From Anthoceros angustus (lineage: Eukaryota > Plantae > Anthocerotophyta): DNA of 64,000 nt. How positions within the stretch are numbered: the first letter of the stretch is position 1; each line of letters starts with the position of its first letter. Under the pieces are notes generated by a model. That model saw nothing but the letters and a program-made list of their open reading frames with translations, had not been told where the DNA came from and did not search any database. The translations under genes and the position numbers were made by a program. Positions 51,436-64,000 of the stretch are shown piece by piece. The stretch lies in assembly GCA_010909165.1 (NCBI GenBank), contig MU008158.1, positions 1,637,478-1,701,477 of the forward strand, in the 5' to 3' direction.

Positions 51436-53536
51436 TCATTCTTGCGTGGTGCCTTATTTTGCTCTTCGGGAGTCTAAGCAACCCACACGGACTACAGCGT
51501 CATCAATTTTTTGACTTGCATGAGCACTGGCATGTAGCTTCTATTATGTTTTCTGGCAATATGAGAATATTAAAATATGCTAGGAATAAAATCGTTTTTT
51601 GTGTAGTGAAAGACTTGTTTGCGGTCGGGCGGCTTTCAACCGTCCAACGTGAGAAACCTCGCATATGCAGCAGGTCCACTACGAGAACCAGGACTTCTGA
51701 AAAGGAGTTTTGCGCCCATCACGATAAACCGTCTCGCGCCCACCATATAACCCAAGAGGTATAAACTCTTTCATCTCAATAATTATGACATCAAAGATGA
51801 GGATAAGTGTAATCCAGAAAGGAGTAATTTTAAGGGTAGCTTTACACTATGACCGGGCACTCAACACCACGAAGAACAAACTACCAGCCGGTTATGGCAT
51901 TGTTGAATGATAGACTACGATTTTGGGGTGATTTGGGTTTTATACTAGCCCGATTAAGTTCATCGTCTTATCTCCCGTTTAGCTTCTTGTGGACATGGTT
52001 AAAAATGAATAATATTACCAAAACGTGTGCTCAACAACTGATCTCTTATAATCTCGAGTTCTACGATCTCGTTTGTGCAATATCGTTTGTGCCATGCGTT
52101 TCCACATCATGCTCGTCATGCCTTTCGAGTTCTACGCATTACACAAAGGCTGTCCAGGATCTACAAGTTCTTTATTGTTGTGACAAGACCACTAAAAGTG
52201 CCAAACAATGGCCAAAAACAAGATTTCGACAATGCCGACTCAAAATTTTCGTGAATGCCCTTGAGAATACGGAGTCACAAAGTTATGATGGCAAATCTTA
52301 ACCAACCAGCGGTCTATGAGTATCATTTTGAATTCATGTGAGTATTCTTTGCAGACCATGTAATCGCGATTCCTTATCGAGCCTTTCGTTTCGTAATGCA
52401 TGATGTGTCAATTCCCCTTCGTGCTACGGATGGCCACAAAAAAGAAAATGTTGTTGGCCTTGGGTGTTTTGTGTGCCTTGGAAATATGTTCATCATCTCT
52501 CCGTGGTTTCATGTTTATCGCAGCTATAGCCGTGCAAAGATACATGCTTAAGTATCCAATCAGAAAAAATAGAAGCGACAGTCAGCATAATGGTGTGTTG
52601 CACACAATCAAGGTTTTGCATTTCTAATTGCTTGTTAGGCTTTACATTGATCGAATGTTCAATCAATTGACTTCAAGTGAATAGACATACTTTCCACCAT
52701 TTGTGCAACCAAATTGGTCTTTTGTTGCAAAAGTAGGTTCACATCACATCTTGAAGGTCATTCCTGTTGACCTGAAAGGTTAGTCTCGTTGTGATGTTGG
52801 GAGCCATGACGATGTTGGGGGCAGAATGCTGAACACGTGAACCTTCTCCTTTTTGAGGGCTTGAATCACAACTCGCTCTCTTTGTCTTAGAAGATCCTCC
52901 CCAAGGGGTTGCCTCCTCAAGGGGTTGGTGCTGTAGTGTGCTTGGCTGACTAGGCAAGAAGAGGCATTCCTTTCTCCTGCTCTTTGTGCCATCAATGATT
53001 TGCTGATTGCGCTGAAGTGACCACTTTTGTGTGGTCTTTATTCTGCTCACTTGCCAAGGTCTAGCTATCCCTGGCATTGGGTTTTTGTCTATGCCTTTCT
53101 CATGTTGAAGACTCGTGTACAAATCTATTCTTTATAAGGTCTCTTATTTCTCTAAAAAAAAAGCCAAAATAGAGTAGTAGGCTGTAGATATGCTCGATAG
53201 CCAAATAGGTCACCAACAATTTGCAACGTTGTCAGCTAATAGTTTTATGAGTGCTATAACAATAATTATTATAGTACTCACGAGGAATGACCCTATGATA
53301 GCCCCCAAATCTGCACCATAACTTGTATAATATTGGTCTGGAGCACTTGGAGCACATGAAACTACCCATTGAGTATACGATATCATTGCTTCATAAGGCT
53401 TTGGCACAAATGGATCCATGTGCCTCCAATGAACACTTTGCCTTCTTGAATAAGGGCTAGGATCCAACTTAGAAATATGAGTTGTGGTGGAATTAAGACG
53501 ATGCACTTCCTGCGGTACATGATGGTATCGAAATCA

Positions 53537-53874
53537 TATTGTAAACGAGGACGATGAATGAACCGTGCACAGTAAATGGCCTACTTTAAAGTGGTTCATA
53601 AGCATGGCAAAATATCATTACATAATAATTTCTATATTATTTTGACATAACCGGACCATATCAATTTGTACCTACCAAAATTCTCATTAAATGCAAAGTA
53701 TGAATTATTGTAAACGAGGACGATGAATGAACCGTGCACAGTAAATGGCCTACTTTAAAGTGGTTCATAAGAATGGCAAAATATCATTACATAATAATTT
53801 CTATATTATTTTGACATAACCGGACCATATCAATCTGTACCTACCAAAATGCTCATTAAATGCAAAGTATGAAT
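53537..53874. repeat. 169-bp tandem duplication with a few substitutions
   Basis: TATTGTAAACGAGGACG starts at 53537 and again at 53706. Confidence 0.9.
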
Positions 53875-54775
53875 CGACTGGAGTTAGAGGCGAGAGAAAT
53901 TGCCATGTCCCATTAGTTTGGTTAACCCGACAGTGTAAAAAGTGCTTAGGGTACGTCGGATCCATCTCTCCAACTCATGTGCGATAGTAATGACCACCCT
54001 AATGTAAAGCTGACCTAAGAGCAGCCAACTCATGCACGGTGGCAATGACCACCCTAGTGTAAAGCTAACCTAAGAGCAGCAACTACACTAGGAGCAATCC
54101 TAAAGATAAGCGATGATAGCAGTACATGCATCCTTGATAAACCTAGAGGTATTTAGACCCTTCCGTCTTGTTAGTCATAGCTACCCATCCCCAGCTTCAT
54201 GGCCCCACACGGCAGCTTCATGACCACCGGTGTTCGTTCATCATGTTCTCGTATCCGCAGTGTGTGGGGCCGCTAGTTGTTAATGCCCTACGCCTTACTC
54301 CATATCAAAAACCTAATGTGGGATTTTGATGTATACTTTGAAGTCTCGGAATTCACTAAAAAGTCCCTATATATGAAAGAGAAGATGAGTAAACCCATCT
54401 ACCTGTCTACCCATCTACCCATCACATACATCCCTGAAGGTAGGTGTCGTGTGTCAGTATCGTCTCGTTTTGTTGTGTGAGTTGGCCGTTTTGAAACTTC
54501 CACGAACAAGACAAGCCGGCAGCATGAAGTCGCCAAGTTGCGAGCCCAGCTGGTTTGGTCTTTCGGTCCGCAGCCGCGTGGCGGGCTAGACCGGCGAAAT
54601 ACCAGGATTGAGGCAAAACTGGCGAAACCCAACATCGAGGCAGTCAGATCTGGGTGTCTTATTCCACCCAATTTGGCATTCTGTCGTCGTTGGTGTGGGT
54701 GATTGCAAGGCCTCATCACGGGGAAGGGGGTAGCTGCAGGTGGCGTGACGAATTGGCGCTCATCGGGTTGCAACC

Positions 54776-57601
54776 ATGTTGGAGCAGCTGCTCATCTTCA
54801 CACGGGGGGGGCTGGTGCTATGGACATGCCGGGCGTTCGGAAATGCACTAAGAGGCACACCCATCGAGGCCCTCATCCGCACCTGCTTGCTGGAGGAGCG
54901 GGCGGGGTCCTCTGCGTTCCAGTATGATGCACCAGGACAGGCGGCAGCCTACACTCTGAAATGGACCTTCCACAACGAGCTTGGTCTGGTGTTTGTCGCA
55001 GTCTATCAACGATTTCTGCACCTGCTCTACGTGGACGAGCTGTTGAGCAGGGTGAAGAAGGAATTTTGCGAGATCTACAACCCCAAGCTCACCAGGTACG
55101 AGGGATTTGATGAAACATTCCGGCAGCTCCTCATGGAAGCGGAAGCCAGAGCGGAGGAGCTTCGGAGGCCTAAACAAGTTGCAGAGGTTAAGCGGCAGGT
55201 CAATGGACCGCATGGCAAGGTTTTGAAAGGGTCAAGCAAGAAGGAATCCGGCGGAGATGACGAGGATGGAGATGCGGATGCAAAGTCTGGGAGCTTTACT
55301 AATGTGGGGAAGCCTAGTTTGCTTGTAAATGGCATGACTACTAACAAACCTGCCAGCAATGGTAATGTAACATCAAATGGGAGTGGGAAAGCCCATGGGA
55401 GAAGCAGTAGTAGCGATGAGGATGTAGGGAAGGCGGCCAACGAGGTGGCCTTTAATGTAAACAAATTACAGAAACTGAGAGCAGCCGGGAAGGGGGGCAA
55501 GAAGGGCGGTGCAGATGCAAGCAAGGCTTCCAAGGAGGAGCAGGGTAAAAAGACGAAGAAAAATAGGGTTTGGAACAATGCCTCTGCTCCATCAAAGCTG
55601 GATTTCACGGACCAGTCAGGGGACCAGGAGGGATATGAGAAGATTGTTCCGCTAACTGATCAAGGTGAAAGTTTGATGGACAAGGATGACTATGTGGCTG
55701 AGTCCGATGATGACAAGGAGAATGAGGGGGAGGAGTCTGGTGGTAAGGGTGGCCCAGCAAGGAAGGGGTGGTTTTCTTCCATTGTTCAGAGGTATGGGTT
55801 ATGCGTTACGGGGCAACTTAACTTATGTGTCAGTGACTTTGTTTGGTTCCGTCCTGGACCTTACGGGAATCATTTTGGGCACGTAGACCACAAGCTATTT
55901 ATTGTCTGCGTGTCATCAGTAGATATGATGAGGATTCATGGGAAAATGTTTGGGTTCGCAGTGTTGCTGGGAAGCCGTGCTTGGAATTGGCGGACTTGGA
56001 GCCTGCACTGAAGGCGTTGAAGGATCGTCTCATGACCAAGAATGTGGTATGATTGGATGTTCAGGAATTTGATGTTATCTGGCATTGATGATATTTATTT
56101 CACTTTCTTTCAGTTTCTTTCTTTTGATATAGCGTATTGAGTCTTCAGGCAGAGGAAATAGCTGAGAAGCTATGTGATTCGGTGGCCGCTAGCCTCATTG
56201 GGAAGAAGCTTGGAACCTTTTCTCGTGTGTCATCAACAGTCCAGGTTGGTTGTGTGTCTGGTATATGAAGGCACATGGATCCATTTCTGCCTTTCTCAAA
56301 GGTATTGATGTCTGTTGGATGCAGGCTGCGATGGAAGAGGCCCTGCTCCGCATTCTCACACCTAAGAGATCTGTGGACATACTTCGAAATGTTCATGCTG
56401 CTAAAGATGAAGGACGGCCATATGTCATCGTTTTTGTTGGGGTCAATGGCGTTGGCAAGTCGACAAATCTTGCTAAGGTTTGAGGCATAGGTGGTTCAGA
56501 CTCAGGTTGCACTTGGTGACGTAGGTTTGATGCTTGCTTAACTGGTAATGACATGCCATGGTTTTACTGCAGGTTGCTTACTGGCTTCTACAGCATGATG
56601 TGAGTGTGATGCTAGCAGCATGTGACACCTTCAGGTCAGGGGCTGTTGAGCAATTGAGAACACATGCTCGTCGTCTGCAGGTTAGTCACCTTTTATTAGA
56701 GTGAAGGAAGACCTCCTCTTAGACTTAAATTGAAAGAACGATGGGCAAAATTTTCTGCCAAAAATGTTTCAATTCTCCGAGGGCCTGCCTAAAGCTGTTT
56801 ATGGTCTGTTCTCTGTTTCAGATACCAATTTTTGAGAAAGGTTATGAGAAGGATCCAGCTGTCGTTGCAAAAGAAGCGATCCATGAAGCTGTGCGCACAA
56901 AACAGAATGTCGTACTTGTGGATACTGCGGGTCGCATGCAGGTAGAGAGTTGTATCTGAAGGTGCTTGTGCTCATACGCAACATGACTGTTTTAGTGTGA
57001 AATGGCCGTGTAACGTTTTTGCATTTTTGACGCAGGATAATGAACCACTGATGCGGGCTTTGTCTAAACTCATCAATCTCAATGAGCCAGATCTTGTTCT
57101 GTTTGTCGGAGAGGCACTCGTTGGAAATGATGCAGTGGATCAGCTCACTAAATTTAATCAGGTGAAATGGCAGTTAGTGGTGACACTAGTGACATGCACT
57201 TGCCCTGTTGACAACCTCTAACGTATCAGACATGTGCAGAAGCTGGCTGATCTGTCTACTAAGGCAAACCCTCGCTTGATTGATGGTATACTGCTTACCA
57301 AATTCGACACTATTGACGACAAGGTTTGCACTTAAAGTCTTTCACAGTGACCCTTGCTCTTGCCCCGCAGACCGTTATTGCTGTAAATGTGACACTGAGG
57401 TTCGGACACCAGTTCTGTCCGTCGATGAGAGTATGTCGTTCTGTCGAATTCACTGTGTGACTTGCTTCTACTCAGGTGGGAGCAGCATTGTCCATGGTGT
57501 ACATCTCTGGAGCGCCTGTGATGTTTGTGGGATGCGGGCAGACTTATACGGATCTGAAGAAGCTGAATGTCAAGTCGATCATCAAATCATTGATCACATA
57601 G
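54776..57601 (+). CDS. SRPRA: Signal recognition particle receptor alpha subunit, multi-exon
   Basis: [89 protein letters not shown]; TAG at 57599-57601. Confidence 0.96.
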
Positions 57602-58060
57602 TTAGGGGGCACTGCAGATTTTGGGTCGAGCGGTTTACCCCGTGCACTTGCGATTTTGCCACTGCCATAGATAGTTTCTATGTTATGATGAGGCGGTTGA
57701 ACTTCCGTGAGTGATCCAATGCGTTGTCGACTACTTGAAGGACAAACTTGTACACCTGGCGCGGTAATGACAGGCTTCAACTGCTACATTGAATTCAGCA
57801 CAATTGCACAACAGTAGTCTGTTTGTGATTCCATATGCCTAGCAAGAAAGCCACCCGCGTAATCACAACATTTAGCTTCACAGTGACGCCTGCAACAAAA
57901 ATGGCAATAGAAGGAAAAGTTGCAGGTTCCCTAGATCCCGCAAGCGCCGGCATTAAGAGTCAAACAAGAGGATGGCCAACTTTATCTTCAGCCATCGGAT
58001 CTAAACCACTATGAGCTAGGAGTCACATGCCGTGTACCCACCTGTAGAAAGGAGAGGCAG

Positions 58061-59101
58061 TCAGGCTTTCCCATTGCCCCATATAGGCTGGGTATCCTCC
58101 TTAACTTTGATCAAAGGTTCAACCTCATCGCTGTCCACATGACTGGCATCCTTGGTAGACAGCGGAAGTGGTGCAGTAGACTCCAAGGACTTCTGTTGGC
58201 TCTCTCGAACGTTAACATATGAGTAAATTCCCATGCCCACCACAGCAACAACGATGCCGAAGATATTCCTCCAACTGAAAGGATTACTCAGCAGTATGTA
58301 ACCAAATGCCAGAACCAAGCACGTCTTGAGATGACCGAGCACCTGGTACGTTACCGGGGATGTCTTGCCAATAACAAGAAAGGTGCTGAAGTTGACAGAA
58401 ACTGAGATGAGGCATGAGAGCAAGATGACGAACGCCACCAGAGGACTATATTGAAAGGCAAACACGTTCTTCGATGTCAGCGCAGCGTCCAGAAAGGGGC
58501 CGGTCAAGAAGAGAGTGGTTGTCTGATAAGGACAAGACTGGTACAGCAGTTGAGTAGACGACACCTTGAACCTCTTCTGGATGGTATTGGTCATGATCTG
58601 TGCCACACAGGTGGTGACGATGGCCAAAAGAGACAGGATGAGCCCTAACAAGTTGAGCTGCAAGTCCGTGACGGTCGCAATGCCGACTCCCAATAAAAGG
58701 ACGAAGAGTGCCAGCTGCACATTGCGGCTGAAGCGCTTGTTGAGGAACACAGTCTCCAGCAGTACCGTGCAGGGAATGATGGCCAGCTTCGTCATCTGGT
58801 AGAATCCTACAGAGTTGAACCCCAAGCTGAGGTTGAGCAAGCCAATCGAGATGCCGTTGAGAATGCCGAACCCCATGACAGTCCGTGCGTCAAACGGCTT
58901 ATGCTCAAATAACTTCACCGATCTGGCAATGTGTAGGCCGCAGAAGGTGACCAACAGATGCCAGCTCGTCAGCGTGGTGGCGAACTGAAAGTGTAGGTTG
59001 CTGATCAAATACTTGTTGCAGATCACAATAGCCACCGATGATATGACGGACAAGGCCAGTGCGCCCGTCGTCCCAAGCTGTATCCCTGCAGTCTCCGTCA
59101 T
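58061..59101 (-). CDS. UXT: Nucleotide-sugar transporter, UDP-xylose transporter (UXT2/UXT3-like), intronless CDS
   Basis: 346-aa multi-TM ORF with IVICNK, FATTLTSWHL, NLSLGFNSVGFYQMTKL and IGKTSPVTYQVLGHLKT. Confidence 0.9.
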   Translation of the reverse strand: MTETAGIQLGTTGALALSVISSVAIVICNKYLISNLHFQFATTLTSWHLLVTFCGLHIARSVKLFEHKPFDARTVMGFGILNGISIGLLNLSLGFNSVGFYQMTKLAIIPCTVLLETVFLNKRFSRNVQLALFVLLLGVGIATVTDLQLNLLGLILSLLAIVTTCVAQIMTNTIQKRFKVSSTQLLYQSCPYQTTTLFLTGPFLDAALTSKNVFAFQYSPLVAFVILLSCLISVSVNFSTFLVIGKTSPVTYQVLGHLKTCLVLAFGYILLSNPFSWRNIFGIVVAVVGMGIYSYVNVRESQQKSLESTAPLPLSTKDASHVDSDEVEPLIKVKEDTQPIWGNGKA

Positions 59102-59839
59102 CCTGGCCGCGCGAAGCTGGACCAGCCACGGCAGCGGGAGGGTAATGGAAGCCGGAAGCCGCTGGTACGCTGCAACACCAATGGCCGGCCGCAGCCAAGC
59201 TCCGAAGAACCTTCCACCACCTCAGGCACCAACCCTCCCAGCAGAATGCAGTCCGTTCCCGCAAGCAAAGAAGGCAGACGCAGCGGCCCCGCGAGCTGCC
59301 AACGCCACGGAGGCCATGGCACGGAAGCAGCAAAAAGAACCTCAGAGAGACGGTGAGCAACAACAGCTGCGGGTAGGACAGGGGAAGAAACGGAGCCTGC
59401 CGCCGGAGCAGCAAAAGTTCAAGAGAACATAGGAAGACCAGTTCTGGTCCCACGAGAAGGATGAACAGGCAACCCGTTGCGGAGGAGGAGGAGGAGGATA
59501 GGGCAGACGGGGACGGGGTGCGCCAGGCTTGGGAGCTTCCCGACAAGAAGCCCCTTCCGTCCCACTGCGCCGATCACGCCGTGCTGGAACGGCAGCAAAA
59601 GCCTCTAAACCCGCCAAACTCACGAGCACCACGTTGGTCTGAAAACAAAGGTTGATCTTCACTCCGGTTAACTCCCACTCAAGACACCCGCACGACGAAA
59701 TGCGCACCGCGTATCCTGCAGTCTTGCAACCCACTGCGCTCGTCGTGCGATGGACGCCCCGACGCACTCAATTGAGTAAGAGCGAGACATATTAAGAGAA
59801 AAAATTGTTATTCATACAACGATTAGTAGAGAACATAAG

Positions 59840-59909
59840 GGGCATTGCGAGAATCGGATTCTCGACCTTTCGCACCCTAAGCAAGACTTGTACGACTAAT
59901 GAAATGCCC
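59840..59909 (-). pseudogene. Degenerate tRNA-Pro(AGG) copy
   Basis: GGGCATT...AATGCCC acceptor stem and TTGC-TTAGGGT-GCGA anticodon arm retained; D- and T-arms decayed. Confidence 0.75.
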
Positions 59910-60512
59910 TCAACTCAAGTTGGTTACTAAGTTCACTTTGCGTATACTACTACCCCACTTAGAATAGGTTTTTTCACCAAAAGGAAGTAGCAGCAAAGGC
60001 AGACCATATTAGGTATCTCAATTACTCGGCACTATCCTAGCTGATATGGCTATTAGATGCCCCGCCTTATAGATCATTGTTTTGGATGTATGCCATTAGG
60101 AAAAATAAAATAAAATAATTAAACTATTTACTTTATATATATAATATAATAATATGTGTATACAAGTTCTAAGCCTATAGTTTTTTAAAATTTCAACATG
60201 GATGAACATATAATATTAGAAAAAAACAAATTAATTATTTTCTATCGAATGGACATATCAATTATGGGTACCTCAATTACTTGGCAGTAAGTCTTTTCAG
60301 CGAAAGAACCTTTTAGAAAAAAATGGACTTTCAACATACATTGATTACTACCGTCATTATATCGCAATTATTCGGCACTACCTCAATTACTTGGCAATAG
60401 GTAGGTCCTTTCAGCTAAAGAACCTTGTACAAAAAGTGCGCTTTCAACATAGACTACTTCTCAGCAAAAAAACCTTGTAGGAAAAATGAGCTTTCACTAG
60501 GATAGTTAAGTA

Positions 60513-60605
60513 CGCTGTTGCCAAGGATCAAACATGGGGCACTCAAGATCGAACATCGGTCACTCCCGTGATAAGCGGGAATACTAACTACCATACTACA
60601 ACAAC
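60513..60605 (-). pseudogene. Degenerate tRNA-Asp(GTC) copy with anticodon ATC and a duplicated T-arm segment
   Basis: GTTGTTGTAGTATGGTAGTTAGTATTCCCGCTTATCACGGGAGTGACCGATGTTCGATC...CATGTTTGATCCTTGGCAACAGCG follows the plant tRNA-Asp pattern. Confidence 0.75.
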
Positions 60606-61497
60606 AACAGTTTTATTTATGTCCACTAAGGATGGAAGCACCATCATAGGACAGAGATAATACAGCGTAAAAAGAGGTGAAAAACTGATTACACATATGT
60701 ATATCTTAACTAGAGGGACGGTAACAGTGTGTGATGCAAACAAGAAGGCAATCGAGATAATCAATCAATAGTGTCACAAAAAAGATCGATGATGAGGCTC
60801 CAAAATAACGATGAGGCTCCAAAATAACCAACTGATCACCACAAAAAAGACCACCTGTCCCATTGTAGGAGTAGCCTTAAAAGCAAGCAATTTTTCCTTC
60901 TTATTTTGTTACTGCAATGGCATAAGGTCCTCGCTGATATACAAGGTTGTTTTCTGCAAAGTAATCGTTGCCTTCAAAACCTGAAGCCGATCATCCAAAG
61001 AATGGAAAGTCAAGACTAAAGTGCGTTCTCGGCAAGATCCTTTCCCAGCCAAAAGGCACACGGAATAACCAGGTCGTCCTATAACCGGCTGAGAACCAAG
61101 ACAAGGAAAGGGGTAAATTCAAAGCATAGTGGGCCTGGTCTAAAGTTTCTGAAAAAACTTTTGTGGAAGGAGGGACTGCCATAATCTCCGGATGCTTGTG
61201 ACCCAAAAATAATTTCTCTCGATAGCTATATGAAGCTTGTTCCAAACCTATACCCTTGTCCTCACGTTTCCGGGTGAAAGCAATTTTCTTCACCACTTCC
61301 TCTCGACATTGCAGAGAGAGATCATTTACCCAGTTGGCAAAACCGAAGGATAAATCATTAACATATCTTTGTAGTTTTCAGATGTCCTTGCATTTGATCA
61401 TTCATAAGCCTATGCAATCGCCACTGTCTAGAATCAATAACTTTGCAAAAAGCTTTCCCAAACCGTCGGGACTTGAGCTTTATCTCTGGCCGAACAA

Positions 61498-61693
61498 AAT
61501 GTGTAATTCTCAGATGCGAAAGCGTGAACGCCTTCTTTAAACCTTGGGCACTTGCTGCAAGAGCAGAAACCCATTCCTGTTAACACAAGAAGCTTAATGT
61601 GTAATTCTCAGATGCGAAAGCGTGAACGCCTTCTTTAAACCTTGGGCACTTGCTGCAAGAGCAGAAACCCATTCCTGTTAACACAAGAAGCTT
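61498..61693. repeat. 98-bp tandem duplication
   Basis: AATGTGTAATTCTCAGATGCG...CACAAGAAGCTT x2. Confidence 0.9.
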
Positions 61694-63148
61694 CGAGGGA
61701 CTGAATAGATGCAGTAGCCAAGTTAATAGACTCTTGGAACTCGAAAACCTGTTCGTTCTTTTCATCCATCCATGTGATCAAATAATTCACCGGTTTCCTC
61801 AACCAACTTAGCCGCATCCTCAAGCTCCAGCGCAACGACAACTACAATAATATGATATGTTATTTCATTGATGATAAAATACAAAGAGAATGTAGTTATT
61901 ACAAAAATAAAAAAACTTTAAATCATGTTATCTTTATTCTATTACCTACATGAATCCATAACATTTAAAAGTTAAGGAGCTTATTATAGCTTATCTTGAG
62001 AGATTATCCTTTTCCTGATACTATTTATTCCAAATATTGATTCCACAAGAAGGATCATAATTGTGCATGGAAAATAAATCGATTCAATTTCGAGTGTGCA
62101 CCAAAACGTAAATTTTTGTTGTCCAGATTTTTATTATTAGTTATAAGCCTAGAAAGGCCTTTAAAAGGTTTTGGAGGAGAAGTTTTTACAAGAATTTTTG
62201 TTTGAATAAAAATTACTAATGAAGAGTTTTAAAAATTAATTATCATGATAATATATATTATATTATATATATAATATAATATTTTGGTCGGAAAACGATA
62301 TTGGTGACACCATGCATAGGGGACTTACATGTTAAACTATTGCATCCTTGTTACTATTGACCAAGTCTCTCCTAGACACAAAACACATGTGTGTTTTCTT
62401 ATGCGTATAATATCAGGAAAGTTTAGGTTACTAGCAAAAGGAATAGGGAATATGCTTTAGGTGAAGATCTTCTACTAGTTCGTAAAGGTTCAAGCGGATG
62501 AAGCACAAGTAATAAGCTTTCTGCTCTAGTTATAAGCTTTAGGTTTTATATTACTAGTCTTTATCCATTTAACCATTTTTTATATATTTTATGATTGTAG
62601 AAAAAAGCATAAAACATACATAATCCATAAATTCCTTCTTTTCCACAATCCATGTTTTGACTAATTATATAAATATGTCTTCCTATTTACAATAGTAATA
62701 TATCTATAAAAGTTTTTAGGGATAAACAAACCCAGCTGAAGCTCAAAAAAAGAAACAAAATCATTTTAGAAAAGTGAAACTCACTTATGAGATTTACGGG
62801 TTAACATAAGGAAGGTGAGTCTTGCGATAGAAGACTACGATCTCGGTTCTCCTGTCTCCGTTCCAGCATGGCTGTAAGGGCCTCCTCCTGGAAAGGAAAA
62901 GCTCCAATCCTCTTTCGAACTCGGAAAGTGAACTTTCATACCTGGCTGCTGCATCCTGCCCACTTGCGTTTTCTGTTGCAGTCGTCTTCTCCCGCTTCCT
63001 GGAAGCTGCAAACGACCAATGACCAATGTAGCTGTATGTTACTCCAGTCCTCTGAACAGGATGCTAGGGGACAGGACATCCACCATTCTGCTAGAGAACT
63101 GGGACGGTGCCGAAAATGTGTGTTGCTACCTGGTGTTGACAGACGCAT

Positions 63149-63220
63149 AACTGCAGGAAGGGACAATAATTGGAAGAGTATTCAACTGCAGGAAGGGACA
63201 ATAACCGGAAGAGTATTCAA
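63149..63220. repeat. 35-bp tandem duplication
   Basis: AACTGCAGGAAGGGACAATAA(TT/CC)GGAAGAGTATTC x2. Confidence 0.85.
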
Positions 63221-64000
63221 CGGGGTTGTGTTTCTGATATGGAAGTGAATTTGTGGGTGAACAAAGGTCCAGCTCAATACCTAGGAGACATCGAGGCCAA
63301 ACTATGGTCCAGCACCAAGGATGAGTCGTCCATGCTGCTCTTGCAGCTACATTGTCATCAGGAACATAGTGAGAAAAAACGACCATGAAGGCAACACGCA
63401 ATTTCAACTGCCTTTCGATGGATACTAAGTGGTTACCCGCAGCCACTGCCGCAGCGACAGTCGGCGCAAGAGCAGTTAGAATTTCCGCACCCAGACATGT
63501 CTACCGACCGAGCCAACACCGTAGCAGAAAAGAAGGCGCTGAAGTTCCAAATGCTGAGGCATATCGTTCGTCTCAGTCAGCCAATTTTTAGGAAGGAGGT
63601 GCGTTGCTCGTCGCGGTTTTGTAGTACAATCCTGCAGTGTAAGGCACGAAACTGGCATGTGTAGTACACTCCTCCATGCCAGCTTTTTCGGTGTTCGCAG
63701 CTTACGAGTATCCGAAGTATCTGAAATCAGTAAACCAATGTTAGTCAGCTGCGCGTATGTGAGAATGCTGACCCGCATCAAACAACCCAGCTATGTGTAC
63801 TGCTATACTACTTTTGTACTACACGCTAGATAACCTCTGCAGCAATTTGGCTGAAATGTGGGTCATGTCCATCCAGCCTCGGACCTGATTCAGCCATTTG
63901 CCCACTAATACCATTTTGGAATCAGGATAGTGGGTGCATCACTGCATGTGTGCATAGGTGTTGACCACGTTATCATGATTCATGCCCCAATTCATTGGGA

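Noticed and set aside
62835-64000. ORFs at the window end
   Set aside because: No identifiable domain; any gene may extend beyond the window.

Overview
Nuclear DNA from a compact land-plant genome. It has short GT-AG introns and GC-rich gene islands separated by AT-rich blocks full of short tandem duplications. A Roadblock/LC7 dynein light chain suggests a flagellated-sperm lineage such as a hornwort, another bryophyte or a lycophyte (inference). The main find is a ~2,700-aa NRPS-like enzyme on the minus strand (3382-13861). Its domain order is PAI-type FAD fatty-acid isomerase, fatty acyl-AMP ligase, two carrier proteins, then three membrane/beta-helix (Pls/PosA-like) repeats with an allene-oxide-synthase-like catalase domain inserted before the last repeat. 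The 3' part of this gene is scrambled. A 1.5-kb block (5337-6843) and a ~90-bp patch (3671-3767) are chains of locally copied fragments joined by 8-10-nt overlaps, with many 1-bp homopolymer deletions. The intact reading frame can be rebuilt from the pieces, and an assembly/consensus artefact is the most likely cause. The other genes encode a two-RRM protein, SAM synthetase, a TPX2/MAP20-like protein, Roadblock, Spc24, TL16.5/MPH2, organellar PheRS, a class III peroxidase, FGAM synthase, SRP receptor alpha and a UDP-xylose transporter. Three decayed tRNA copies (Gly, Pro, Asp) are also present. Family assignments come from motif recognition by eye; no searches were run.
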